The notes beneath the pieces are model-generated. The model was given only the letters and a program-made list of their open reading frames with translations, had not been told where the DNA came from and searched no databases. Positions 39,796 through 53,900 of a stretch of DNA of 64,000 nt are shown piece by piece. The position numbers and the translations under genes were made by a program. The first letter of the stretch is position 1, and the number at the start of each line of letters is the position of its first letter. Source of the stretch: Lytechinus pictus (lineage: Eukaryota); NCBI RefSeq assembly GCF_037042905.1, contig NC_087245.1, positions 10,232,001 to 10,296,000 on the forward strand, read 5' to 3'.

Positions 39796-41488
39796 GGTAA
39801 GTATAAGATATGACAGAATAAAATAGATATAGCGGTAAAAGTACATAGGTTTATATCCTGATTTCAAATAGGTTCGTACTATAAACTTTAGATCATATCC
39901 AAAACAAACATGAAAAGGAAGGTATATGATGTATGTAGGCCCTACAAAATAAAAATGGAGTACACTCACCAACGCAACGAGACAAATCTAAAGATAATTG
40001 AAATGCGGTTGGTATTTATACGAAATCATGAGCAGGCCCCCCCCCCCCCTCTTAATTCCACCATTGACCATAACCTCTGAACTACAGAGATCCTATTGAT
40101 TTAAGCGCAATCTGTTTAAGTAGCTTAGATTTCTTTATAACATTGCTTGCCCTTCTATAGCTTTCTGGAAGACTTCTTTGTAATGTGTCCACTTTGAAAC
40201 GAACTTAGTCTTATTACCAAAATGCATCAAGGCGTTGTAAATGCAGAATAATTATAATCATTAATATCATTTATTACCATTGTCATGTTTAGAATTATAT
40301 ACAAAGTTTAGATGCAATAAAATTGCTTCATTGGACAAAATGTGGGATTCAAATATAATCATACTATTCCCGATATGTCTCCTATTTTCTATAAGAGATT
40401 GAACTTTCAGACTACGTATTTAAAAAAACAGGGCGGCGCCATTATCTTGAATGGGGGGGGGGGTGAATTCTCTCAAGTAAATAACAGAAATAATGTAGAT
40501 GTACACGACCCTGACATCTCAACCGGAGTCTTCTCCCTTCTCCTTTTCCTGCCCCTTTTAATTATTTTCCCAATTTTTTTTTTCATGGGTGCAGTGCTAC
40601 TGCCCCATATATAGTGACGTCCCTTCCAGTAGTGACATCCCTACCAATAAGATATCTAAATTCTTTGTAGAAGTGAATTGTCTTCTTTCTTAAAAAAAGA
40701 ATAACCAACAGTCTTTCAAAGAACGATTTGCCAAAAAAAATAGGGATAAGAGAAAAAAAGGGGAAATAGGTGAAAAAGAGAGAAGAAAAGATGAGGAAAG
40801 ATATTAAAATAAGGGGAGGGAATAAAAAGGGGCAATGAAATCTTTCAGTTTCCACTCGAGTTGCCTGTTGAATGAGATATTTCTTACATAACGCTTAAAT
40901 TCATACCGTTTTCGAGTCAACTGAGCAACAACAGCAACAACAACAATCGAGCTTACATTATTGTTTTAGTGAGATACCAAATGCGCTTCCTGTTTATGAT
41001 TATAATTGTGTTTCTTCAACTGTGCCGTTATCATATTTGAATATTAAAAAAAATTTCAGCTTGCACCTCGCGCTCGCATTTTTTATTAGTTCTCATCATT
41101 AATTATTGCAAACAGCCCTAAGAATGTCAATTTTTCAGTCGCCTTTGTTAAATTTTGGATTGTGCTGCGCGCTAGCATTTATTGTGTCAAGTAAAACGTA
41201 TCCTGCTTATGATGACAAAAAGTGCTCATCAGACTCTTTTTAGGTTTAAATCTTAAAAATAAATGGAATTCACCTAGCGCCACACGCACTAATTATTTAC
41301 GCAGTGGGTTACCCACTTCAGAATATTCCGACATTTTGAACAGTGCTCAATTCATTTTTTTTTGGGGGGGGGTCGGTATTACGTGTATTTTTTATTGAGA
41401 TAATATCTTGTCTAATATCAAACATGCTCAAAATGTCCGTTTTTCAGGTGTCGATACCATTTTTTTTTTACATCGCGCTTCGTGCTTA

Positions 41489-41743
41489 CAATCTAAAAAA
41501 TATTGGGTTAAAGTGCACCATGGGGGTAAATATGTGTTCTACCAACATTGGGCATTTCTTTTGGGCATATTTATTTATCCAGTCTGATGAAAATTCTGCC
41601 CATTCTAAAGTAATTGCTGCTTATTTTTAACCTTATACTGGACAATATGCTTCCCGCATCGGGTAAAATACTGCCCCAAATTGGTTGGACACAATAATTA
41701 CCCTCGTTCTGGTTAAAAATTTACCCAATATTTGTTTACAGTG
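41489..41743. mobile_element. Small MITE with a CACTGTAAA-type terminus
   Basis: AAATATTGGGT / ACCCAATATTT inverted arms, right end TTTACAGTG, TA flanks. Confidence 0.65.
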
Positions 41744-42284
41744 TACGAACTACTTTTGTTAGTGAAATAGGCCTACTTATGCTCTTGATTTGTACCGGCA
41801 ATGAGTCTTCTAAAATGTTTTTTTTTCTTCAAGTTAGTATAATTATCAAGAGGTCTCGGCTGGCCCTTTGCGCTCGCATTGTTTCCTTTTTTCATCATAA
41901 AGCTTGTTTGAAGAAAAGCCTGCTTCATTTTGTTGGTAAAATAGTATTTTTATGACGTGCGATGCCAAAGTCCTTGGAGTGAGTTTTAACAGGGGTGCTG
42001 GTTAAGATTTGACAAGAAAAAATGGGGCACTACAAAATGAGGTATTTTGGTCAGGAGAAATTTCACTAGAAAAAAGGGGGGCTTTCGCTAAGAATAAAGG
42101 TGGTTTGGTCCAATAAAATTTTTAACAAGCAAAAAAAAAAGACCTACATTTTGTAGTTAAACCCTTTTTTCTGCTTGTCAAACTTCTCGGGACCAAATAT
42201 GAACTTATTTTGTAGAGAAAAATGTTTGCTTGTCAAATTTATATCAGCAACTCCTGTAAAACAAAAATCGTTCCCTGTGCTCTA

Positions 42285-42304
42285 TTACGTCATCAATGAC
42301 GTCA
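42285..42304. promoter_or_regulatory. Paired CRE-like sites (TTACGTCA and TGACGTCA) before a candidate first exon
   Basis: Two ATF/CREB-type motifs 4 bp apart, followed by about 230 nt of non-repetitive sequence ending in donor GTGAGT at 42534. Confidence 0.35.
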
Positions 42305-44149
42305 CGAGGAACACTCTTCCTCAATACTGGTATTCGTCACTGTGCATCGACGACCAAATGCAAGTTTGCTTACGGAAAGTTGAAAACACCTTGTATACTG
42401 AGAAATTGAAATCCTTTCTTTTGAGGATGGATTTCACCACCATCAAACACAAATTTTAGGACACGAAAGTGTGACATAATTCAATGAAATTAATCTTCTG
42501 GAACTGGAACTGGAACAACTACACTGGATAAAAGTGAGTCAATTCCTAATCCTTTTTCACTTCAAACTTCATTTCAACTTAAACTGAAACACTTGAAAGA
42601 TATTTCGTTCATGAATTGATTTTTTGTTTGTTTTACCAATTCCCAAATTTACTCCTATAAGTTAGATCGGTAATTCAAGTTAATGGAACATGTATCGTAG
42701 CATGACCACGTTACCGTGGACGTGAATCATTATGAAGACTTTAAATTCATGTTAAAAGTATTAGTTTTCTAAAAAGATTTTGTACCTGTGTAAATGTACA
42801 ACTGCATAAATAAGCAAATATCTACTTATTTTCTTGTTTTTTTTTTCTTTTTTTAATCAATGTAAAGGAAAAGAGTCGATATTTTGTACTTTTATTGTAA
42901 ATCTTCATTCTGTAGCCCAGATCGTCCGGGTTTTCTTCAGATAATGTATTTGATTGCATCCTGAAAATAGTAAACATATCTTATAAAGAAAATACTGATT
43001 ATGGGTCGCTACATTTTATGTTATTGGAAAATTCATTATTAAATATACCCTTATATCTCCATACAGAATGAAGATAATTTGTATGCAGGTACCATGACAC
43101 TTTTCCCCTTTTTCTCTCTTTAGTGTATATTGATGAAAAAATAAAAACAGGGCAACTAAACGGATAGCGATTTCGTACTGTAAATATACAACCACACAAA
43201 AAATGGTTAAGCGTCCCAATTGATTTAAAACAATGTGAAGAGAATAAGGAAGAAAGTCAATATTTTACCTATCCCCATTCTGTACCCCCAAATCACCCAG
43301 GTTGATTGCACTCGGAAACGATTTCATGTGAAAGAAAATTATGTTTATAGATCCATATTATATATTTTATTCTTTCAGACAATTCATTTGAAAACTATAT
43401 ACTTCCTTACAGAATGAGGATAAGTTGTATTCTTAATGTATTTTCTTAGCCATGGCCTACCTACTCATCTTCTCCTTTTTTTACTATTGTAAATCTTCAT
43501 TCTGAATATATCTCCAAATTGCTCGGCTGTCCTTTCAAATAATGTTTTTGATTACATCCAAAACATACGCTAATTAATAAAAAGATAATTCAGTTTTTTG
43601 GGGGGGAATTGTTTCAATATATTTTGTGAATCTCAGTTTGAAGGTTTACCATACAGAATGAAGATGATTTATATCTGCATGTATTTTTTTTTCTAAAGAC
43701 ATTCATATTGATAAAAATCATATCAGGAAACATGCACGCGTTACCAAAATAATGTACTGTTTTAACTATGTTAATTTACTTTCGTAGCCATAGATATATA
43801 TTTTTTGGACGATTTTCATTCTTCAAGACTTCTTGAGAGATCTATTATTTGTTCTATAAGCAATTATATAATTGTCCTCTGTCTTCCACAATGAAATTCT
43901 CTTTTCCTAAAAAATACATGCTTGTTAAACACATATTATTTAGAAATTGCAAATGAGTTACCAAGTCAAAAATGCAACTTTTTGTGATACAGGGATTGAC
44001 TTCAGAAGGGTATTGAATCTGGCTTTATTCAGCATGTGAATTCTTTTCTTCTCAAATTGCATATAGATAAAATCAAATCCTGGTTTATTCAGAATCTGAA
44101 TAGGGACGTGTGTCTTTAGGTTAATGCATTAAACACCACTCTTTAATGA

Positions 44150-45386
44150 ACTCTTGTCACCTGATATGGTTTGATAAGCACCTACTATACCTTTTGTATT
44201 GTAATGCTAACACTGAAGGAAATGCCAACTGTTAATGCCATTTTGTCAAACACTTGTAATGTAATGGTAATGGTATTGAAACGGGATTTATTTTTTGGCG
44301 CGAAAATTCTCTTCCTAATTACAATCAAATCTATTATGTATTGCTTAGAACGATCTCTGAATAGAGACTTTTTTCTTTATATGCATTCAACACCATTCTA
44401 TAAAATGTACATGTACTCTTGTCACCTGATATGGTTTGATAAACACCTATTACTTGATTACAATGGTAATGAGTTCAGAAAATTCCAACAGTTAATTCAG
44501 TATACTGATGGTAATACTATGTCATTTTGTTAAACACTTGTAAAAGTGATCGATAACTGGAATGGTATATATTAAAACGGGTTTTATTTTTTGGCGCGAA
44601 AATTCCCTTTTCCTTATTACAATCAAATATATTATGTATTGCTTAGAACGATATCTGAAAAGATACTTTTTTTTCTTTATATGCATTCAACACCATTCCT
44701 TAAAATGTACTCTTGTCACTTGATATGGTTTGATAAACACCTATTACTTTATTACAATGGTATTGAGTTCAGAAAATTCCAACAGTTAATTCAGAATATT
44801 GATGGTAATACTATGTCATTTTGTGAAACACTTGTAACAGTGATCGATAACTGGAATGGTATTGAAACGGGATTTATTTTTTGGCGCGAAAATTCTCTTT
44901 TCTTAATTACAATCAAATCTATTATGTATTGCTTAGAACGATCTCTGAAAAGAGACTTTTTTTTTCTTTATATGCATTCAACACCATTCCTTAAAATGTA
45001 CTCTTGTCACTTGATATGGTTTGATAAACACCTATTACTTTATTACAATGTTATTGAGTTCAGAAAATTCCGAAAGTTAATTCAGAATATTGATGGTAAT
45101 ACTATGTCATTTTGTTAAAACACTTGTAACAGTGATCGATAACTGGAATGGTATTGAAACGGGTTTTATTTTTTGGCGCGAAAATTATCTTTCCCTAATT
45201 ACAATCAAATCTATTATGTATTGCTTAGAACGATCTCTGAAAAAAGACTTTTTTTTTCTTTATATGCATTCAACACCATTCCTTAAAATGTACTCTTGTC
45301 ACTTGATATGGTTTGATAAACACCTATTACTTTATGATAATGGTAATGAGTTCAGAAAATTCCAACAGTTAATTCAGAATACTGAT
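44150..45386. repeat. Satellite-like array of about 292 bp, roughly 4.3 copies
   Basis: ACTCTTGTCAC.TGATATGGTTTGATAA at about 44150, 44415, 44709, 45000 and 45292. Confidence 0.95.
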
Positions 45387-45800
45387 TTCAAATACTATAC
45401 TAACTACAATTTACACCCATTATTCACATTATCCAAATGAGTGAGTATTTGAATAGAAACTTATAAGCACCTGTTGTGTATTTATCAGTTTCAAACTTGT
45501 AATCTTGAATCCTTGTTTAATCTCTCATCAATGTGTTATAATACATGTCGATAACCTTTAAAGAGGTCTCGTATACAAATTTTTGAACTCAGACCCACAA
45601 TCGAGCATTGTTATATTAAGACTAGTGAAAGTCCTCACTAACTCATGCAAATTGTTTCTTTTCCTTACTGACGCTCCTTTTCTTCTTGCTTTTCCTCCAA
45701 AATTGCCTGATTTAGAATTTTTTGAAAATCTCCTTTAATGACACTGCTCTTTTACTCTCTTTTGTTTTCTTTAGTTTACTCTTTTATTTTTTCGCTGCAG

Positions 45801-48800
45801 GTATTTAGTGCTTTATTCCTACGGCGGTGCATTGACCAACAGAGCCTTTGGTACATGTACAGCATTGTCATCTCTTTTGACGATCCTGATACCTTCGTCT
45901 CCTCTGCATCCACTTGACTGCACACACACGCACATGCACGCACTCCCAACTCACAGCCTTTAAAATGGACAACAACACAGACATGATAGATCAACTTAAC
46001 AATGACAGTAAATATTATACAGTGGCAGAATTTAATGATTCGTTTTCAAACTCAAACAGCTTTAGCCTTTTACATATTAACTCTAGAAGCCTCAACAAAA
46101 ATTTTAACAACCTTGAACACCTCCTTTGTGCCCTCAATAAATTTCAATTTTCAGTTATTGGTGTAAGCGAAACCTGGCTTAATGAAACTTCTCCTCCATT
46201 ATTCAATTTACCAAAATATTCTTTGATTAGAGCTGACCGTGTAGGACGGAGAGGGGGTGGTGTTGCTTTTTACGTTTCCGACAATTTGAAATTCCGAATT
46301 CGAAATGACATAGGATTTCATCTAACTGAAACATTGTTTATTGAGATTGATATCCCAAAGAGTAAAAACATCATTATTGGCCTTGTATACAAACCACCTA
46401 ATGTTGAATTTGATTTATTTTGTCAAAATTTTGAGCAATGTATAGCTAAACTCTCTACAGAAAATAAACACATTTATTTCATGGGTGATTTTAATACTAA
46501 TTTTCTAAATTTAAATCATTCTAATACCGAAAGATTTCTTAATTTGATACATTCTTATGCTTTCTCTCCATATATAAACAAACCTACAAGAATCACTTCA
46601 GCCTCTGCGACTTTGATAGATAACATTTTTTCTAATGTTCATAATGAAACCATGATTGGCGGCTTGCTCTACTCAGAAGTATCAGATCATTTACCGATAT
46701 TCACCATTTCTGAAACAAACGCATCTACAAATAAATTAACTAAATCTCCCAGCTATAGATTAGAAACTCCTAGAAAAATTGAATCATTTAAACAGGACCT
46801 TATTGAAGAAAATTGGAATGATGTTTACAGTGAAAATAACGTGCATACTGCTTATGAGAAATTTAACCTTAAATTACAGCATTTTTACGATAAAAATTTC
46901 CCACTTGTAAGAAAACGCCAAAAATCCAAAGAGGCTCAAAACCCGTGGATCACTAAAGGGATTCTAAAATCAATTCATACTAGAAATAGTCTTTACAAAC
47001 TACATTTAAAGAAACCTACAACTACAAACACACAAAAATATAAAAAATATCGTAACAAACTTACAAACCTGATACGAATATCTCGAAATATGTATTATTC
47101 AGACAAATTATCTAAAGTTAGTTCTAATTCTAAGGCCACGTGGCGGGTTATTAATTATATTATTGGGGAAAAAAATACTCCATTACCTGAAGATGAATTA
47201 ACTTTACATGGTGATAAAATCCTAGATCAATCCAAATATGCTTCATCCTTTAACTCTTTTTTCAGTAACATTGGCCCCCAACTAGCAAATCAAATAGGTA
47301 ATTGCAACAACGCCCATTTTACTGATTTCATTTCAACGCCATTCGAACATACTCTTTTTCTCAATCCCACCAACCCTACTGAAATAATTAATATCACAAA
47401 ATCGTTGAACTCTAGTAGGTCACAAGGACACGATATGATAAGTTCATCCATGCTTAAAGAAATTATTCATGTTATTGTTGATCCATTAACTTATATTTTT
47501 AATCAATCTATTTCATCGGGGATTTGTCCGAATTTACTCAAAATTGCAAAAGTTACCCCAATCTACAAAAAAGATGATCCTCATGAAATAAGTAATTACC
47601 GCCCAATTTCTATTCTCTGTAGCATATCAAAAATCTTAGAAAAAATAATATACACAAGATTATACAATTTTTTAAACTTGCATAATTTATTAAATCCAAA
47701 TCAATACGGCTTTAGAAAAAATCACTCGACAGACTTAGCACTAGTAAATATTTATGACAAAATCACAAAAGCGATTGCTAACAAAGAACATGTTATTGGA
47801 ATATTTCTGGACTTAAGCAAAGCTTTCGATACACTTAATCACAAAATATTACTTCATAAATAAACTACATTTATACGGAATACGGGGCAACGCACATCGA
47901 TGGATAGAAGATTATTTATCAAATAGACAACAATATGTTACATTTAAGGGAATAGATTCAACCTTTAAAACTGTAGAATGTGGTGTGCCGCAGGGGTCAA
48001 TTTTGGGACCGCTCCTTTTCCTACTATACGTCAATGATATATCGAAAACTTCCCCCTTATTATCTTTTATCCTATTTGCAGATGATACCAATATTTTTTA
48101 TTCTCACCCAAAACTTGAAATTGTAGTATCTACTTTAAATGATGAATTATGTAAAGTGTCTACTTGGTTCAAATGCAACAAATTGTCTTTAAACGTAAAC
48201 AAAACATATTTTATGCACTTTAAACATTATAATACCCATGCAGTTAACGAAGAAATAATGATAAACATTGACAGCGTCACCTTACAACAAAAACAACATT
48301 CAACGTTTTTAGGAGTAACTATTGATGAAAATTTATCGTGGAATAATCATTTACGCCATATCACCACTTCCGTATCCAGAGGTGTTGGGATAATTTCCAA
48401 ATTAAAATACTTATTACCCCCCAAAACTCTTTTTCTTCTTTATAATGTCTTGGTTCTCCCTCACATATCATATTGCAACATAGTTTGGGGTAACTGTGGT
48501 AATACAAAACTTATTCGATTTTCTTGTTACAAAAAAGAGCAGTTCGTATTTGTACAGGATCACAATATCTCGCTAGATCCAGTCCTTTATTTTTTAAATT
48601 AAGAACTTTAAAAATTTCAGATATAAATACATATCAAGCTGCTATCTTCATGTTCAAATACAAAAAGGGAATACTTCCCACTTCCTTTCAAAATATGTTC
48701 ACAATCAACAACACCATTCACTCGTATCCAACACGAAACTCTGACAAATTTCATCTCACAAATCCAAAACTAATAATAGCACACAAATCAATTAGACATT

Positions 48801-49448
48801 ACGGTGCAGATTTATGGAACAATTTATCACCTGAAATTAAGTTATGCTCTACACTTTATTCATTCAAGGCTGTTTTGAAGAGAAATACACTGTTAAAATG
48901 TATTACCTAAAATTTCTGCGTGTTACGTACCAACCGATATTACAATCCCCCCCCTCCCCTGCACTTGCACTCTCGCACACTTGCACTCTCGCACACTTGC
49001 ACTCTCGCACACTTTAACTTTTATCAACATGATTATAACTTCCTCATTTTACATTTTCTTTCCCTATCTACTTTTTTGGTAATATTTCTATTATTTTGTG
49101 CAATAAAAGATAAGTCTCTTTTATTGCACTATTTGTCTGATTTTCCTTCCCCTTTCCTTTTGAGGCCTTTATCAATTTCAAGCTCTAAGCTTAAGATGAA
49201 GGTCTCCCACATTTCAAAATGTATTAATGTTGATATATGTATATATATTTTTTTTTCTGCTATTTTTTTTAACAATAAAAAAAAGAAGAAATTTATCAGG
49301 TATAAGTATGTTTCAATTAGATTGTATATTATGCATATGTTATTAATTATATCATTTGCTTATTATGTTATGCTAAGAAAAAAAATGATTACACTTGTAT
49401 ATGCTTTTTTTGGAATGTGGAAATAAATAAATCAAATCAAATCAAATC
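45801..49448 (+). mobile_element. CR1/L2-group (Crack-like) LINE lacking a visible ORF1; 5' boundary uncertain
   Basis: APE+RT reading frame, 3' UTR of about 500 nt ending in AATAAA and an (AAATC)n tail at 49421-49448. No TSD found. Confidence 0.88.
45965..48910 (+). pseudogene. LINE ORF2 (APE + RT) broken by two frameshifts
   Basis: LHINSRSL, GVSETWL, RRGGGV, MGDFN, TLIDNIF, SDHLP, NYRPISIL, DLSKAFD, VPQGSILGP, FADDT, LQKRAVR. A 4-bp TAAA duplication at 47857-47864 and an apparent 1-bp deletion near 48512 join the ORF-track pieces 45914, 47985 and 48524. Confidence 0.93.
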
Positions 49449-50713
49449 TTCCCGACTTCAAGTAGTAGGCCTTTAAAGGTTTCATTAGTTTTGATAGATT
49501 TGGTACACTAAAATATTAAATGACAATTTAAAAAAATGACCAGCGACCGACAGGTATTTTCAAATATTCGATCAACAATATATTTTTACTGGTGTAGAAT
49601 CAAGCATTGTCTAGCATCATGAGCATTATTGGGTGATGTCGCATTGAGAATTCGTGACCTCCCCTTCGATTGAGAAGCAATTAAAACAAATAAATAAAGC
49701 AAAAGGAGAAAGAGAAAAGTGAGAGTGTGCAATAGAGATTTGGTTTACATCGTTTTTGACACCCTAAATATGCATGATATGGCGTTACGAACGTAGCAAG
49801 CCGTATATAGTCTTTTTTCTGGGGGGGGGGAAGTTCGCGACAAGCCACTTGTTTTATACACACAATAGTGTCTACACAGCTCCTCATTAAATTTATATAT
49901 TTTATATATATATATAGTACATATTTTCAATGAGTAAGTTGTTATATTGGTCTATATTTAGACCTACTTGTACATTTTTTAGATGTTAATTTCTTATGTA
50001 AAAGCCACCGGAGCGATTGTTTCTTTATAATTATGAAGAACTTGCATGAACTTGCAGAAGGGAATAAATCCGTGTTTTATTATTCTTCATTCTCCATGAA
50101 TCAATATTTTCTTATTTATTCCATCCAAATCTACGTTTCCAATGAAGTTCTTTCTCGATGTTTGAGCTTCATCAATATTGGTAACAAAAATGACAATTAA
50201 AAAATCTTGCAGATGACCTATATTTTATATGACTCTCCTATTTGGGGGAGTCAGTCCCTTTTGCATGAATACCAATTTTGCATGGAAACCAATCTGAAAC
50301 ATTAAAGTAAATGATGCCACTTTCCACATCTGAAGTATATGAGTTAATGAAAATATTGTCAATTAATGACGCAGAAGCATTTGTCATTAAATTCATTTGA
50401 AAATTTAAATTTCAAGTTGTTGCTATATCAGGCATAGTTTGAATACGTTTCTAGAAAACAGAGCAGTAAACTCTTTCAGTGTCTAAACTGACAAAGGAAC
50501 AGTGACGTAACAGACGGGGGGCATGCCGCCCCCTCGCGGCGGATTAGTAAAAAACGGGAAAAGAAAAAAGGGAGAAAGAAAGGAAGAGAAAGGGAAAGAA
50601 AAGGAGGAAAGGGAAAAGTGAAAAGAATAAACATGAAAAAGGGGAAAAGAAAAAAAAGAAGAACATAGGAGAAAAAACGTATCATTTTGAAATACTAATA
50701 CATTAACATGATT

Positions 50714-50969
50714 CATGGGCGTCGAATCTCAGGGGGGACAGGGGGACGCGCCCCCCTACCAAAATTAGTAGGGGGACACAATATCAAATGTCCCCCGTAC
50801 TATTTTTGTTCTTTTATGATGGTGGAAAAAAAATCATTAACATTCGAAATAATACATGTATTTATGACTAAATGACCTTACATTTTGGGTGAAGACCTTT
50901 TATTTTTCGGCTTGTCAAATTTTCCAGCTCGTGGTCCCCCCTACCTATGGGGACAGATTTCCGCCCATG
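50714..50969. mobile_element. hAT-like MITE with an 8-bp TSD
   Basis: CATGGGCG / CGCCCATG termini. TSD ACATGATT at 50706-50713 and 50970-50977. Confidence 0.9.
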
Positions 50970-53900
50970 ACATGATTAGCAAAAAAGGGAAATGAATTAC
51001 AATAAAATGGCAAACAAAATCAGGAAATGAAGGTAAAATGAGCCAAGGGCTAAATTGGAAAATGAAGAAAAAGGACAAGAAAAAAAAAACTCTTCATATA
51101 ACAAGACCGGGCTGGCGAGGATTGAAGAAAAACACCGGGAAAAAAGATGATCGGTATATAACATTACGTTTGAAGCCTATTAAAAGCTTGCTAAATTTTA
51201 TGCAATCTTTCTGCTAATTACAGGGGGTTTGACCAGATGGTCAAATCAAATCAGGTGCGTCGGTGCACTTATATTTTTATAATTTCTTTGGGGGGAGGGG
51301 ACAATTTTGCGAGTGTGTTATCCATGGCGAGAGATCAAAGTTTTATTATAATTTTGTTCTTGTGTGTTGGAAAATATTGCCTTTGAAATGAGTTTTGTTT
51401 GTTGAAGAGGAAGTTATTGTCGGTAAATTCCCTCAAGAAAGACACTTTTAATTGCTTGAAGAGAACATAAACATAGGGCCATTTTATCACCGAAAGGGGA
51501 GAGAGGCAATTTATATGCCTCTCAGAATGCACTGCCAATAGTGAGAGGCCAGATGCCCTCTATGAGAATAAAATGTTTAGTGAATAGAATTCACTCAATT
51601 TACCAGGGGTGAAAAAGGGAAAATGAATGAAAAAGAAGGAAAAATATTACACAATGATGCATAAAATAAAAGAGCAACAAATACGCGGATAAAAATGCAC
51701 AAATCATAGCGATCATATTGACCTCCCAAGGGGCACATTTATTTTTGTAAGTAAAGCAATTCCCCCCGAAGGGCTTTGGGAAGAGGGCAAGTGCCTCCTT
51801 GCAACTACCTTATACATTCAAAAAAATTAAACTTTTGAAAAATCTAAAGAGAAAGTGGTCATTTATCAGGAGTAAAAATAAGGCTCTTGAGTAAATGGTG
51901 AAAGGGGGAGCTCAGTGCAGAAGAGGAATATCATTAATAATAAGGTCGGGCAAAAAACACATTCTTGAAGGGATCATGTACTTGCAAAGCAGAACGGGTA
52001 CTGATTTGGAACCAAAAGAGAGATTAAAAAAAGGTAATTTATCCGATGCGGAATTGGCACTATAAGAAACCAAGGTGTACTCGTTAACAATACCGGTCCT
52101 TCTAAGATGAAATGAGCACCTAACACGTCTGTATTGGGGCATTTTTCTTGGGTAAAAAGGGCAGTTTTAGTGCTTTAAAAAACTAAGGGCACTATTATGT
52201 ACATATATATTGCCCCTGGCCCCGGCCACAGGATTGCCGCCTATTTAAATGCATTGTTCGATCGAGCAATTCTGTGTATTTGAACAACCGTTGGGTAAAT
52301 GGGGGTCAAAACTTGTTTTGCCCCACTCCCAATTTTATTTGGGGCCCCTCCGCCCCCATTCTAGCACCCTTGGCCGAAAATGACAATGATCCCCACTCCC
52401 TCATGGAGGCCCAAAGGGGGGAGGTAAACGCAGCCCTAAACTTCCCACCCCCATTATCTCACCTAACAGCTAGCAGCAGATATATGAGGGAAATTTTCAT
52501 TTATGACCTGAAAGTTTTTTTTTCTTCCTGTTATTCTCTCTCACATTTCCTTCTTTTTCTTTTGATGGGGGCCGGGATGGGGGTGTGCCTCACGAAACCC
52601 TGAAATTGGCTACATGTATACGGAACTGACTACACCCCCTGTAGATCTACCACTGGTAGAATATTCTAGTGATTCCTCTTGTAAATATTACTCTGTCTCT
52701 CTTGCACACACTCTCCCTATTCCCTTTTTTAATTACCCCGATAATGAAAACAACAAATAGGCCTTATGCAACTTAAATTGAATTTAATTGTTCATGAATT
52801 GAATTGAATTTGTGGTGGCGGTGGCGTCACCACCCATCTTTTCCCGGATCTCAAATCAGAACTCCGGTTATTTCCCGAACCGTTAAAAAATAAAAACCGA
52901 TTACTGCTTGATTTTCAATTTGTTTTAGATTTGTTCCTGAAAAAATATGAAAATATATTGCATTTTTGTTCCCATTTTATTTCTTTATAAGTTATATATA
53001 TAAATATATATATGTATGCACACCCAGCGGCATAACAGGGGTCGGTGACCAGGGGGGGGGGGGCAAGAACCAAAAATTTCCTGGTCATATCATGGTATGA
53101 ACAGGCGTAATGGTGTAATAAGGCGACTATTTTAAGAAGGCCAGATATTGCGTATCGGGCAAATTTATCTTTAAAAAAAAATTGCGAGCGAGCGAGCAAA
53201 AATTTTGACCTTTTTAATACAAAAATCAATTGTGATAGATTTCGACATGATATCCAGAGAATAATACATTTCACTCTTCTCTCTTTAGATTCCTTTTTTG
53301 TGGTCTGTACGCCACTGTGAACAGGATTCTTTGCGGCAGTAGTGTGAAGAGTAAAAAAAAAAACAGGGGCGCAGTATAGCACATGTGCTAAAAAGCTGCT
53401 TTGTATAAGTCCCCAGCGAGCGAAGCGAGCGAGAAAAAAATCGCATTTTCATGAGAATCTAACTGAGCTATTTTTTGACATTATATTCAGAAAATAAAAT
53501 CATATCCTACACTTTTCCTTTGCTTTTCTTTTTCTCCTTTTTTTTGTTCTTGTTTGTAGAACTTTTTGGAGCCATGACCCAACCCTTCCATACGCAGTGC
53601 TGTGCGGTTGGGGTCCAGGCGGAGCCCCTGGAACTTCTTGATATCAAAGCCATTTAAACCTCGCAGATTGCCGCTATTTTAATCAAATCGCGGGCATATA
53701 CAGAATATAGCTTTTACACAACACATTTATTCAACCCAGTTGCGTATATTTCGTGAGGGGGGAAAACATAGCAATGTGGGAAAAAATTGTAAAAAGTCAC
53801 CATGCAGCGTGCAAAGCGAGCTGGAAAAAAATTGCCTATTGAAATTAAATTCCAATTATGTGATAGATTTTTCCATTATATTCAGCAAATAACATGTTTC

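Noticed and set aside
44171..45440. ORFs of 116-175 aa with internal repeats
   Set aside because: They are translations of the 292-bp satellite, shift frame between units and show no protein motif.
48920..49426. 168-aa ORF after LINE ORF2
   Set aside because: Lies in the T-rich 3' UTR, includes a 16-bp tandem repeat, starts at GTG and has low complexity.
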